Positions 1-9,787 of a stretch of DNA of 64,000 nt are shown one piece after another (positions within the stretch are counted from its first letter, which is position 1; every line of letters begins with the position of its first letter). Below the pieces are notes generated by a model, which saw nothing but the letters and a program-made list of their open reading frames with translations, did not search any database and had not been told where the DNA came from. The DNA lies in assembly GCA_049322655.1 (NCBI GenBank), contig JBMORP010000006.1, positions 448,410 through 512,409 of the forward strand. Direction: 5' to 3'. This DNA is from Patescibacteria group bacterium (GTDB lineage: Bacteria > Patescibacteriota > Microgenomatia > UBA1400 > PJMF01). Both the position numbers and the translations under genes were made by a program.

Positions 1-364
1 CACAACCTAACTGCCAAACTTTATCAACCACTCTTTTTTCAGGAGTACTACTAGCTAATCTTTTTTTGTATAGCTCTTGGCTAATCCAATGTAGATTGAC
101 CGAAAATGGCACTGGGTGGTAATCAGAATTAGCTGTTCCGGGCAATAAAGGTAAAACACTTTTGGCTTTAACCTTAATTGCTGTTTCTTCCCAAAACTCA
201 CGTTCTGCTGCTTGGTGAGGTAGTTCAGCTTTATCTAAATGACCACCAGGAGCTAACCAAATTCCCAGTTTCTTGTGTTTGACCAACAAAACCTTATTGT
301 CATTTACCAAAAAACCAGCTGCTGTTAAACAAACTTTAGGATGAAATTTTGTTGATTCTGGCAC
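1..364 (-). CDS. NUDIX hydrolase (3'-truncated by window edge)
   Basis: Manual translation from GTG at 364: MPESTKFHPKVCLTAAGFLVNDNKVLLVKHKKLGIWLAPGGHLDKAELPHQAAEREFWEET, which contains the Nudix box GGx5Ex5AAxRExxEET. Not in the ORF track. Confidence 0.85.
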   Translation of the reverse strand, partial: MPESTKFHPKVCLTAAGFLVNDNKVLLVKHKKLGIWLAPGGHLDKAELPHQAAEREFWEETAIKVKAKSVLPLLPGTANSDYHPVPFSVNLHWISQELYKKRLASSTPEKRVVDKVWQLGC

Positions 365-421
365 AGGGGAATTGTAACATTACTTCAGCCTTACTTCTAA
401 ATAAAAATCGAAGTAAGGCTA

Positions 422-1006
422 TTAAATTAAACTCATCTGAACTCCGGCGTTTTTTTGAGGAGTAAAAGAAAAATCAACGGGAGTAGTGATTAATCTATTC
501 CACTTATTACGAAACTTGATTTCGCCTTTACTATAGCCATAGTCCAAAATCTCCTTAGTAACTTTAACATCCTGAAGACAGTACTTTTCAAGTTTATCCC
601 ATTGTTGAGTTTGGTAGTATTTAATTGCATCAAGACCATCTCCTGTTTTACCAATCCCTAGGGTTTCTTTGGCCACTGCATCCAGACCAATCCGATGACC
701 AGTAGAGTCCTTGATTCTTAACATAATATCTAGGGTGGGAATTTGACTAATATCACCAGTGTAATAAGAGGTAAAAGTGGGCATATCAAAGCCATCAACA
801 TTAAAGCCAATGACTACATCAGCTTGCTCCAGTAATGGAAACAACTTGGGTAAATCCTTTTCAAAGTAAGACTGATATTCACCGGCTTCACCAAAACCAT
901 GGCGAACGTTAACTCCAACAAAAGAAATACCTAATCTATCAGGGAAGTAACCACCCACCTCTTCAAAGGTTTTTTTAGTTTCAACATCAAGAATTACCTG
1001 CAACAT
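422..1006 (-). CDS. RNase H-like / DEDD 3'-5' exonuclease domain protein (YprB/RNase_H_2-like)
   Basis: ExoI ILDVET, ExoII GFNxxGFD and ExoIII YCLQDV motifs. Confidence 0.75.
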   Translation of the reverse strand: MLQVILDVETKKTFEEVGGYFPDRLGISFVGVNVRHGFGEAGEYQSYFEKDLPKLFPLLEQADVVIGFNVDGFDMPTFTSYYTGDISQIPTLDIMLRIKDSTGHRIGLDAVAKETLGIGKTGDGLDAIKYYQTQQWDKLEKYCLQDVKVTKEILDYGYSKGEIKFRNKWNRLITTPVDFSFTPQKNAGVQMSLI

Positions 1007-1094
1007 ATAAATAAATCATTTCTATTTAAGAAAATAGTAACAGTAACCTTACAGAATTTTTTGACAGAAATAAAGAGTTGAAGTTATCAAGCTT

Positions 1095-1706
1095 TTAACT
1101 CATGGCTTGTTGGTAAAGCTCAGCCACTTTGGGCCAATTAACTACTTTCCAAAAAGCCTCAATATAATCTGGACGACGATTTTGATACTTCAGATAATAA
1201 GCATGTTCCCACACATCCAAAGCCAAAATTGGGGTTGTGTTTTCCATCCAAGGATTATCTTGATTAGCGGTGCTGGTCACTTTGAGCTTACCATTATCAA
1301 CTACCAACCAAGCCCAACCAGAGCCGAATCTAGTTGCAGCAGCCTCTGAAAAAATTTGTTTAAAACCTTCAACAGACCCAAAAGTTGCTTCCAAATCATC
1401 TTTTAAAACCCTAGGAAGCTCTTGTTTTTGAGGTGAGAGCAGTTGCCAGAAAAGACTATGATTGGCGTGACCACCACCATTATTTCTGACTGCTAGCATG
1501 GTTTTAGGATCATCAATTTCTTTTAGTGACTGCATCAAAGTCTCGATTGGTAAGTCTTGCATATCTGGCAAACCAGTCAGGGCAGCGTTCAATTTATCAA
1601 CATAAGCTTGGTGATGCTTAGTATGATGAATCTCCATAGTCTGAGCATCAATAACTGGCTCCAAGGCATCATAAGCATAGGGTAATTTGGGTAAAGAATG
1701 TGACAT
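1095..1706 (-). CDS. sodA: Superoxide dismutase (Mn/Fe; Mn-type signature)
   Basis: [19 protein letters not shown] and DVWEHAYY motifs. Confidence 0.95.
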   Translation of the reverse strand: MSHSLPKLPYAYDALEPVIDAQTMEIHHTKHHQAYVDKLNAALTGLPDMQDLPIETLMQSLKEIDDPKTMLAVRNNGGGHANHSLFWQLLSPQKQELPRVLKDDLEATFGSVEGFKQIFSEAAATRFGSGWAWLVVDNGKLKVTSTANQDNPWMENTTPILALDVWEHAYYLKYQNRRPDYIEAFWKVVNWPKVAELYQQAMS

Positions 1707-1796
1707 ATTTAGCTCCTTTTAAATAACTAAAAACTATTTATATAAATCATTATACAGTTGTTTAACCTAATCTCCGTGAAGAGCCTTACAAAAAAG

Positions 1797-2642
1797 CTAG
1801 CTAGCCTTAGACTCATTAACAATTCTCATTAGCTCAATCACTCGATCTTTGCCAATTGTTTTTAAAAACTTTTCAATGGCGGCAAAATCTGGTGATTGGT
1901 CTTCTAATCTCATTGAGTTAAGCTCTTCCCATAAAGTTTGACCAACCAGAAAACCTTCAGCTCCATTTTCCACACTAATTCTGACAAACTCTTTGAATTC
2001 AGCATATTTGAGCCCATCAGAAATCACCACCCAAGGTACATCCAAAGCACTGGTCAAAGTAGCAGTTGCCAAAGGATCTTGAGGATACTGCAAAGCTAAT
2101 AAACTAGCAAAACGCTGCAGTTCCCCCACAGCCTCTAGCTGAGTTTCCTGGAACTCTACTTTATCCAAAGTTTTACCTGGAGGATGATAAATTATTAACT
2201 TTAAAAGAAAATCTATTCCTTCATACTGACAAAAATCAAACAAATCAGCCACTAGTTTTTTTTTCTCAACTGCTAACTCTTCAGCCGGATGATAAAACAA
2301 CTCCAACTTAGCCACCCCATAATTGTTTCTGACATCTTCAATACCCCATTGAGGAATAAATTGAGGCAACCCCATAGGATCTTGTTCTTGTTCACGACCC
2401 AAGCGAATAACTAAACCAGAGTTATTATGTTTATAACTCAAAAAAGGTAATGAATAAGTAGGATCGAGAACTACTCCGGTCGTATATTCTGTATAAAGAA
2501 TCAAAAACCTCACTAACAAGGCATTAAGATTTTCCAAGTTAGTTGGTTCATCCAAGCTTAGGCCCAGCTGCTCAGCAAAAGTATAAGCCTCATCCAAAGC
2601 TAACAAACCAATGCCATTTTTTTGTAGGGCAGAAATTTTCAC
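1797..2642 (-). CDS. Tagatose-1,6-bisphosphate aldolase (LacD)-like class I aldolase fold protein with degenerate active site
   Basis: LALD, VLDP, AKLELFYHP, PWVVIS and GAEGFLVGQTLW align by eye with LacD-family segments. Confidence 0.6.
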   Translation of the reverse strand: MKISALQKNGIGLLALDEAYTFAEQLGLSLDEPTNLENLNALLVRFLILYTEYTTGVVLDPTYSLPFLSYKHNNSGLVIRLGREQEQDPMGLPQFIPQWGIEDVRNNYGVAKLELFYHPAEELAVEKKKLVADLFDFCQYEGIDFLLKLIIYHPPGKTLDKVEFQETQLEAVGELQRFASLLALQYPQDPLATATLTSALDVPWVVISDGLKYAEFKEFVRISVENGAEGFLVGQTLWEELNSMRLEDQSPDFAAIEKFLKTIGKDRVIELMRIVNESKAS

Positions 2643-2669
2643 TTAACCAGTATATCGACTAGAAACCTC

Positions 2670-2699
2670 AAAAAAAAGCCCCGCAGTAAGCAGGGCTTT
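2670..2699 (-). terminator. Intrinsic terminator of pnp
   Basis: AAAGCCC...GGGCTTT stem with an A-run that reads as a U-tract on the minus strand. Confidence 0.75.
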
Positions 2700-2719
2700 C
2701 TGGGTTGTCTATTTAGAGT

Positions 2720-5008
2720 TTAACGGAAGCCATCTCTTGATCTAAAACCACCTCTTCTATCTCCACCTCGGTTGTCTCTAGAAAATCTACGACCACCATT
2801 GCCACGATCATTTCGCCTGCCACCTCTGTCTCCACCACCATTACCGTTTTTCTTTTTCTCAGCTGATTGCTCAGCGGTCAACATCGATAGACCAATCTTG
2901 CCGTCTTCTTTGATTTCAGAGATTCTGACATGGGCCTGATCGCCAACCTTGGCCACCAAAGTCACATCTTCGATTCTGTCAGCTGACATTTCTGAAACGT
3001 GAACCAAACCTTCTCTACCTGGAAGATATTCGACAAAAACTCCATAGTTTTCTACTCTGGTAATTTCACCATCAAACTCATCCCCAACCTCAACTACTCT
3101 CACCAAACCAGTGACCTTGGACACCGCTGCTTCGATTTTAGCTTGATCAGATGAAGAAATGTTAACAATGCCGATTTCTTTATCTTTATCTTCATCGACA
3201 TTAACTTCAGCTCCAGTTTCTTCAATAATAGACTTAATCATTTTTCCTCCTGGACCGATCAGTTCACCAATTTTATCAGCTGGAATCTCGATTTGAACCA
3301 CCTTAGGTGCGTATTGAGAAAGACTGGTTCTTGGAGTATCAATTACTTTCATCATTTCAGCCAAGATATGCAATCTACCTTCTTTAGCTTGAGCAAGGGC
3401 TTCTTCCAAAATTTGTCTAGAAACTCCTTTAAGTTTGATGTCCATTTGAATAGCTGTAATACCTTGTTCAGAACCAGCTACTTTGAAATCCATGTCACCA
3501 ACATGATCTTCTAAGCCCTGGATGTCAGATAGCACCACATACTTTTCCCCATCACTCATCAACCCCATGGCAATACCAGAAACTGGACGTTTAATAGGCA
3601 CTCCAGCAGACATTAGAGATAAAGTGGAACCACAAACAGAAGCCTGTGAGGTTGAACCGTTAGAACTCATGATTTCAGAAACCACATGAATCGTATAAGG
3701 GAACTCTGCTTGACTTGGAATCATAGGCAATAAAGCTCTTTCAGCCAAAGCTCCATGACCAATCTCACGACGCTTTGGAAAACCAAATCTACCGACTTCT
3801 CCAGAGGCATAAGGAGGCATATTGTAATGGTGAATGTAATGTCTAGTTTCTTCACCATCGATACTCTCGATTAACTGGCCCAAAGTTGGATCAGCCAAAG
3901 TGGTTACGGTTAAAGCCTGAGTAGCTCCTCGTTTGAACATGGCAGAACCATGAGTTCTGGCAAACAAATCCACTTCACACCAAATTGGTCTAATTTCAGT
4001 GGTTTTACGACCGTCTGGACGAACACCTTCATCCAAGATCATTTTACGAGCCTCTTTTTTGGTCAGTAAATGTAAGGCCTCACTGATTTGTTTTTCAGTC
4101 ACCTGAGCTGCTTCGTCTTCAACTCCAGCATTAAGTTTCTCAAAAATAGCTACTTTTACTTCTGCTTCATTAGTGGGTAATAAGCGACCACTAGTCTCGA
4201 CAATCTCTCTAATTTCTTTAGCAAAGCTCTCATAGATCTTGGCTGCCAACTCTTCAACAGCGAAGGTCTTAGCTCGATCTTCTTCAGAAACTAATTCTAA
4301 TTTATCTTTACCAACTTCAGCGGTAATTTCTTCAATCACCTGACAAACTTCGCCCAATTTTTCCTGAGCTAACACCATTCCTTCGATGACCACAGCTTCA
4401 GAGACTTCATTAGCTCCAGCTTCAACCATCACAATAGTTTTGGCATTACCAGAAACAATTAAATCCAGATCACTAGTCTCTTGTTCTGTTTGAGTTGGAT
4501 TAATCAAAAACTCATTGGTTTCTTTTCTATAACCTACTCTCAAACCAGCCAAAGGACCGTCAAAAGGAATTTCTGAAATAGATAAACCAATCGCACTGCC
4601 AAGTAAACCCAACATGTCTGGATCGTTTTCTTCGTCATAAGAAAGCACCGTGTTAATCACCTGAACCTCATTAGTAATCCCATCTGGGAACATTGGTCTT
4701 AAAGAACGATCAATCACTCTTGCTTTTAAAATCACATCATCTGCAGGACGACCATCTCTCTTGATCCATCTAGAACCTTTAATCGTTCCAGCTGCATAAA
4801 GCTTTTCCGCAAACTCAACAGAGAGTGGAAAATAACCAAGATCAACTTTTCTACCCAAAGCTACGGTGGAATGAACCACTGTTTCACCACAGGTAACTAA
4901 AACAGCAGCGCTAACTTGTTCAGAAAACTTACCGATTTCGACTGTTACTTCTTTGCCTCCTAAAGTGAAGGTCTTTTTATATGTATCTGGATATTTTGGA
5001 TAACCCAT
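2720..5008 (-). CDS. pnp: Polyribonucleotide nucleotidyltransferase (PNPase)
   Basis: Two RNase PH domains (RREIGHG, SNGSTSQAS, GDMDFKVAG), KH (IGPGGK) and S1 domains. Confidence 0.98.
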   Translation of the reverse strand: MGYPKYPDTYKKTFTLGGKEVTVEIGKFSEQVSAAVLVTCGETVVHSTVALGRKVDLGYFPLSVEFAEKLYAAGTIKGSRWIKRDGRPADDVILKARVIDRSLRPMFPDGITNEVQVINTVLSYDEENDPDMLGLLGSAIGLSISEIPFDGPLAGLRVGYRKETNEFLINPTQTEQETSDLDLIVSGNAKTIVMVEAGANEVSEAVVIEGMVLAQEKLGEVCQVIEEITAEVGKDKLELVSEEDRAKTFAVEELAAKIYESFAKEIREIVETSGRLLPTNEAEVKVAIFEKLNAGVEDEAAQVTEKQISEALHLLTKKEARKMILDEGVRPDGRKTTEIRPIWCEVDLFARTHGSAMFKRGATQALTVTTLADPTLGQLIESIDGEETRHYIHHYNMPPYASGEVGRFGFPKRREIGHGALAERALLPMIPSQAEFPYTIHVVSEIMSSNGSTSQASVCGSTLSLMSAGVPIKRPVSGIAMGLMSDGEKYVVLSDIQGLEDHVGDMDFKVAGSEQGITAIQMDIKLKGVSRQILEEALAQAKEGRLHILAEMMKVIDTPRTSLSQYAPKVVQIEIPADKIGELIGPGGKMIKSIIEETGAEVNVDEDKDKEIGIVNISSSDQAKIEAAVSKVTGLVRVVEVGDEFDGEITRVENYGVFVEYLPGREGLVHVSEMSADRIEDVTLVAKVGDQAHVRISEIKEDGKIGLSMLTAEQSAEKKKNGNGGGDRGGRRNDRGNGGRRFSRDNRGGDRRGGFRSRDGFR

Positions 5009-5131
5009 TTTGTTCTTTCTGTTAGTTCACCAAACCGACACGATCAAGGTATTCCTTGCGTGTTAATTCAGCTCGAGTGAGAGCTAACCTATTCATAAAT
5101 ACTAAGGGAATGCTTTTGCATCTGATAATAA

Positions 5132-5213
5132 TTCCTCAATAAGCAGGGAGTACCTGTGGTTCAACCACTCCTTGCCAATCGAGGAAACTACACTCCCGAT
5201 GAAAGATATTATA
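5132..5213 (-). promoter_or_regulatory. pnp promoter -10 (TATAAT 5208-5213) and long 5' leader stem-loop (5132-5186)
   Basis: On the minus strand TTCCTCGATTGGCAAGGAGT pairs with ACTCCCTGCTTATTGAGGAA. Confidence 0.55.
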
Positions 5214-5226
5214 CAGGAAAAACAAC

Positions 5227-5256
5227 AAAAAAGCCCCCAAGTTAATGAGGGCTTTT
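5227..5256 (-). terminator. Intrinsic terminator of rpsO
   Basis: AAAAAAGCCC...GGGCTTTT inverted repeat. Confidence 0.7.
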
Positions 5257-5274
5257 ATTTGCAAAATAAATTAC

Positions 5275-5544
5275 TTATTTACTCAAGCCTAGTTTTTCAA
5301 TCAACTTAGCATAGCGCTCTTCACTTCTACCTTGCAAGAAACTAAGTAAACGACGTCTTTTGGAGACTTGTTTTAACAAACCTCTTCTGGAGTGATTATC
5401 TTTTTTGTGTTTCTTCAAGTGATCGGTGAGTTCTTGAATAGAAGCGGTCAATAAAGCGACCTGAACTTCTGGAGAACCAGTATCACCCTCGAAGAGTTGA
5501 AAATCTTTAACAAGTTGAGTTTTTTGGACTTTTGATAGTGCCAT
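5275..5544 (-). CDS. rpsO: 30S ribosomal protein S15
   Basis: [13 protein letters not shown] and [12 protein letters not shown] motifs. Confidence 0.98.
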   Translation of the reverse strand: MALSKVQKTQLVKDFQLFEGDTGSPEVQVALLTASIQELTDHLKKHKKDNHSRRGLLKQVSKRRRLLSFLQGRSEERYAKLIEKLGLSK

Positions 5545-5647
5545 GGTATTTATTTCCTTCCCTTATAAAGCGAGCCTGAGCCTGCTTAATAAAGTAACCC
5601 TTATACTAGAGAGTGGATTATATCACACTCGATCTTTTTTATTGAGT

Positions 5648-7114
5648 TTACTCCTCATCTTCTTTTTTATAGGCAATAATCACATCGCCTACTTGGAAAT
5701 CTAATTTTTTATTTTTAAAAGTGAGACCACCTTCGTTTTTAGTTTTGATAACCAAAATATCGTCTTTACCATGTTTCATATTAGCAATCACTGGGTTGGC
5801 CACAATTTGATCATTTCGTTTGAGGTGAAGAAGGTCTGGCTTTTTGATTTCACCAGTTTTCACTCTCACGCCAGCAATTTTGTCACCCTTCATCTCAAAA
5901 ATCTGCACAATCTCTGCTTCACCAGTGATTACTTCATCAATCGTTGGTTCCAAAATCTTAAGCATTTGTTTTTGCAAATCTTCGATCAAGTGATAAATAA
6001 TTCCATATTCTTTAACCTTAACACCTAGTGTTTTGGCAAAATTTTTAGTCGCTCTTGGCACTTTCATCCCAAAGGCAATCACTAAAGCCTTACTAGTCTG
6101 AGCTAGTTCAAGTTCCTGTTCAGTTACAGGTCCGACTCCAGCCAAGATTAAATTAACACTATCTGGATCAATGTTCTGTTCAATAGCCTCAAGAGTCCCT
6201 TTGACATCTGCTTTCACAATCAGATTCATTTTGATCTTATCGCCAAAGACCCCATCAATATCAAAACCTGCCCATTCATCAACTTCACTAACAGCAACCT
6301 GTTCCACCACCGCTGGTTGATATTCTCGGCCAAGCTCTTTAACAATTGAACCCACTTCTGGGACATCTTTCAAGCCAATAATCTCTGCTGGATAACCAGG
6401 CTTGACTTCGGTTAGTTGTTGACCGGTTTCATCAGTTAATAATTTAACTCTACCTTGAATAGTGTCATCAATAAAAATATCTTGTCTGGTTGCTAAAGTA
6501 CCTTGTTGAACAATCACACTAACCAAAGGGCCTTTACGAGGATCTTTGGAAGACTCAATCACTACTGCTTCTAAAGGTAGCTCTGGGTCAGCCTTTAATT
6601 CCTGAAGTTCAGCCATTAAAGAAATAGTTTCTAACAATTTGTCTACTCCTTGACCAGTTTTAGCTGAAACCTCAGCCACTTCGATATCGCCACCAAAATC
6701 CTGAACAATAACTTCATGCTCCGCTAATTGAGCTTTAACATTATCTGTTCTGATATCTTGAATATCAATTTTATTGATTGCGATCAAAAAAGGAACATTT
6801 GCTTCTTTTATGTAACGAATTGATTCTATTGTTTGTGGTTTGACACCATCATTAGCAGCTACTACAAGCACCACGATATCAGTAATCTGAGCTCCGCGTT
6901 GTCTCATTTTGTTAAAGGCAGCATGACCAGGAGTATCAATAAAAGTAAGCTGTTTGCCTTGATGTTGAATACTATAAGCACCAATATGTTGAGTAATGCC
7001 TCCTTGCTCTCTGGCTTGAACATTAGTTTTACGAATGTAATCCAACAAACTCGTCTTGCCATGGTCAACATGACCCAAGATTGTAACAATTGGTGGACGA
7101 GCTATTAATGCCAT
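5648..7114 (-). CDS. infB: Translation initiation factor IF-2 (short form lacking N-terminal domains)
   Basis: RPPIVTILGHVDHGKT, GGITQHIGA, DTPGH, NKID; downstream of nusA. Confidence 0.97.
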   Translation of the reverse strand: MALIARPPIVTILGHVDHGKTSLLDYIRKTNVQAREQGGITQHIGAYSIQHQGKQLTFIDTPGHAAFNKMRQRGAQITDIVVLVVAANDGVKPQTIESIRYIKEANVPFLIAINKIDIQDIRTDNVKAQLAEHEVIVQDFGGDIEVAEVSAKTGQGVDKLLETISLMAELQELKADPELPLEAVVIESSKDPRKGPLVSVIVQQGTLATRQDIFIDDTIQGRVKLLTDETGQQLTEVKPGYPAEIIGLKDVPEVGSIVKELGREYQPAVVEQVAVSEVDEWAGFDIDGVFGDKIKMNLIVKADVKGTLEAIEQNIDPDSVNLILAGVGPVTEQELELAQTSKALVIAFGMKVPRATKNFAKTLGVKVKEYGIIYHLIEDLQKQMLKILEPTIDEVITGEAEIVQIFEMKGDKIAGVRVKTGEIKKPDLLHLKRNDQIVANPVIANMKHGKDDILVIKTKNEGGLTFKNKKLDFQVGDVIIAYKKEDEE

Positions 7115-7128
7115 AGACTAGGATTCCT

Positions 7129-8421
7129 TTATTCAGTAACTTCTTCTTTAAACTCAGCAGCTAAAGTAGCTTTTTCTACTTCTCTCTCTGCTTGAGCTTT
7201 TTTATCTGCTACCACTTTCTTTCTGAGAATTTCTTTTTGTTCATCGGCCAAATCTTCCATAGCCAACCATTTTTCCTCAAAACGAATCAAATCATTAAGG
7301 GTAGTGAGCTTGTGTTCAATCAAAATAGCTCTGGTTTCTTCAGTTAAACCAACAAAAGTATCGATTTCGTACTCTTCTTTACCAGTAGCTTGAGATTGAA
7401 CTTTACCAGTAGCTGACTTAATGGTGATTTTATAGCCCGTTAACTTGGCAGCCAAACGAACATTTTGCCCACCACGACCAATCGCCAAAGATAGTTGGTC
7501 ATCTGGAGCAGTTACAGTCACTAACTGTTTATCCTGATCAACTTCAATCAATAAATTCTCAGCAGGAGCCAAGGCACCCTTGAGGTATAAAACAGGGTCT
7601 TCAAAGAAAGGAATAATATCGATTTTTTCGTTATTTAGTTCTTCAATGACTTTTTGAACACGAACACCACGTTGACCAACACAAGAACCAACTGGATCAA
7701 CGCCTTCTTGAGTGGATCTAACTGACAACTTGGTTCTTACCCCAGCTTCACGAGCCAAAGAAACTATCTCAACAGCTCCAGAAGAAACCTCTGGTACTTC
7801 ACGATCGAATAGTTTGGCCACCAAGTCTTTATCAGCTCTGGAAACAACCACTACTTGACCACGATTAGTCTCACGGATATCTTTAATTAATACCGCCAGA
7901 CGAGAGTTGAGTCGATAGAACTCACCTCGCATTTGTTCTTCTGGTGGCATCCAACCATGACCTCTACCCAAATCCATAATCACATTTCTGCGATCCATTC
8001 TGAGCACCTGACCAGTCATGATTTGACCAACTTTATCTTCAAATTCAGAGATAATCTGATCTTTTTCTGATCGACGAATTTTTTGCAAAATAACTTGCTT
8101 GGCTGTTTGAGCCGCAATTCTGCCAAAACCAGCGGGAGTCACATCTTCTGATTTCTTTTCATCCCACTCGGTTGGTTCTAAAGTCTCTTCATCTCTAGCC
8201 AAAACCGGAGCTTTTAAGATCCGAGCTTCGCCAGTGTCTTCGTTAAGATCTACATAATAATGGAATTCTTCATCCAAAAAACCCATTTGTTTGCGATAAG
8301 CAGATACTAAAGCTTGACGAATTGCTTCATAAATAGAAGCAGGATCGATTTTTCTTTCAGAGGCAATTTGCGCAATAGCAGCCGCGAACTCAGTTCTAGC
8401 TACAGTAGAAATGTTTGGCAT
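7129..8421 (-). CDS. nusA: Transcription termination/antitermination factor NusA
   Basis: FGRIAAQTAKQVI, S1 domain, KH domains (DPVGSCVG, LSLAIGRGGQNVRLAAKLTG). Confidence 0.97.
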   Translation of the reverse strand: MPNISTVARTEFAAAIAQIASERKIDPASIYEAIRQALVSAYRKQMGFLDEEFHYYVDLNEDTGEARILKAPVLARDEETLEPTEWDEKKSEDVTPAGFGRIAAQTAKQVILQKIRRSEKDQIISEFEDKVGQIMTGQVLRMDRRNVIMDLGRGHGWMPPEEQMRGEFYRLNSRLAVLIKDIRETNRGQVVVVSRADKDLVAKLFDREVPEVSSGAVEIVSLAREAGVRTKLSVRSTQEGVDPVGSCVGQRGVRVQKVIEELNNEKIDIIPFFEDPVLYLKGALAPAENLLIEVDQDKQLVTVTAPDDQLSLAIGRGGQNVRLAAKLTGYKITIKSATGKVQSQATGKEEYEIDTFVGLTEETRAILIEHKLTTLNDLIRFEEKWLAMEDLADEQKEILRKKVVADKKAQAEREVEKATLAAEFKEEVTE

Positions 8422-8474
8422 TTTCTTCCTTTTTTATTTTTTATTTCAAATTATTTAATTTTGGCTCTAATATG

Positions 8475-8534
8475 AAAAAAGACGCGACCAAAAGTGAGTC
8501 CGTCTCTATCAGTATTTCGCCAGAGGCTATTATA
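8475..8534 (-). promoter_or_regulatory. nusA leader: extended -10 (TGtTATAAT) followed by a terminator-like hairpin and U-tract
   Basis: Minus strand GAGACGGACTCACTTTTGGTCGCGTCTTTTTT lies about 20 nt after TATAAT (8529-8534). Confidence 0.5.
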
Positions 8535-8577
8535 ACATAAGTCTAGAAAATATTAAAAACCTCAGAGCTAGTCAAAA

Positions 8578-9432
8578 TTAAAGACCTGCTTTCTCTAGCT
8601 CTTTGAAAAGTCTCTTTTGTTCTCTGGAGAGTTTCTCTGGAATCTCGACCACAATCTTGACATAAAGGTCACCATTACCCCTAGATCTAAGTCTAGGTAC
8701 ACCCTCATCTCTCAATCTAATAAGACTATTTGATTGAGTTCCTGGTCTAATCTTCATCTTAAGATGATCTTCCCTCAAGGTAGGAATCTCAATGGTGCCA
8801 CCCAAAACGGCTGTAGAAATCGAGATTTTTTCAGTTAAGAAAACATCATAACCATCTCTTTTGAATCGTTCATGAGGTCTTACCTCGATAGTCACATCAA
8901 AGTTTTCAAAACGAATCCGAGTACCATCATTGGCCCCAGCGGGAATCTTTACTTTTTGTTTTTTACCCTCGATCTCAACCTCTTTAGTCACTCCATGGAC
9001 AGCTTCCATAAACTCAATGGTAAGACCATATCTGGGACGACGCGCGGCCCGACCAAAACCACCACCAAAAAATGACTCAAAAATCTCAAATGGATCATTA
9101 AAATCAAAGTCAGGAGCACCGCCACCAGAAGTCTGATAAGTCCAAGTAAATGGTCCCTGTTGAAAACCGCCAAACGGATTACCACCACCAAAGCCTCCTG
9201 AGGCAGGATCAAACGCAGCATGACCAAATTGATCATAAGCTTGGCGTTTCTTGTCATCAGACAAAATTTGATAAGCTTCATTGATTTCTTTAAACTTGGC
9301 CTCGGCGTCTTTTTCCTTGTTCTTATCTGGATGGTATTTGAGCGCCATCTTCCTATAAGCAGCCTTAATCTCTGGCTGGGAAGCAGTTTTAGTAACTCCT
9401 AAAATCTCGTAATAATCACGTTTGGTTGACAT
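8578..9432 (-). CDS. dnaJ: DnaJ-family co-chaperone lacking the Zn-finger (class B, CbpA-like)
   Basis: KRDYYEILG J-domain with HPD, G/F-rich region, C-terminal domain, no CxxCxGxG. Start reassigned to ATG 9432. Confidence 0.9.
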   Translation of the reverse strand: MSTKRDYYEILGVTKTASQPEIKAAYRKMALKYHPDKNKEKDAEAKFKEINEAYQILSDDKKRQAYDQFGHAAFDPASGGFGGGNPFGGFQQGPFTWTYQTSGGGAPDFDFNDPFEIFESFFGGGFGRAARRPRYGLTIEFMEAVHGVTKEVEIEGKKQKVKIPAGANDGTRIRFENFDVTIEVRPHERFKRDGYDVFLTEKISISTAVLGGTIEIPTLREDHLKMKIRPGTQSNSLIRLRDEGVPRLRSRGNGDLYVKIVVEIPEKLSREQKRLFKELEKAGL

Positions 9433-9469
9433 AGAATGTAGTGATTGTAACAAGGAATTTTGAAAAAAT

Positions 9470-9496
9470 TAAGCAGAGAAAATGGTAGAGTGCTAA
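9470..9496. promoter_or_regulatory. Degenerate CIRCE (HrcA operator) upstream of dnaJ
   Basis: TAAGCAGAG-N9-GAGTGCTAA; the right half is a perfect match. Confidence 0.55.
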
Positions 9497-9540
9497 AGAT
9501 TCAAACTGCAAGTTTGAAATAAAAAAATAATCCTATAATA

Positions 9541-9569
9541 TTGACATATTGGATGTATTCTGCTATAAT
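9541..9569 (+). promoter_or_regulatory. Consensus sigma70 promoter of the SPFH gene
   Basis: TTGACA-N17-TATAAT with a TG extended -10. Confidence 0.85.
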
Positions 9570-9787
9570 AATCTTCTTCTTTGTGAAGCTACGCCAAAAT
9601 TAGCTTTTGGTAATTAATTTCATAAAGATGTTCTTTAACATCTGAAAGATTATTTGCTTACAAAAAAAAAGACGGGTCTGCCGTTTTCCTCATCAAATTT
9701 GGTGAAGAAGACGGCAGTACCTGTCTTCTTGGACATACAACTGTCCTCGGCAAGGGCTGACTATCAAAATTCATGGAGAAATTCCAA

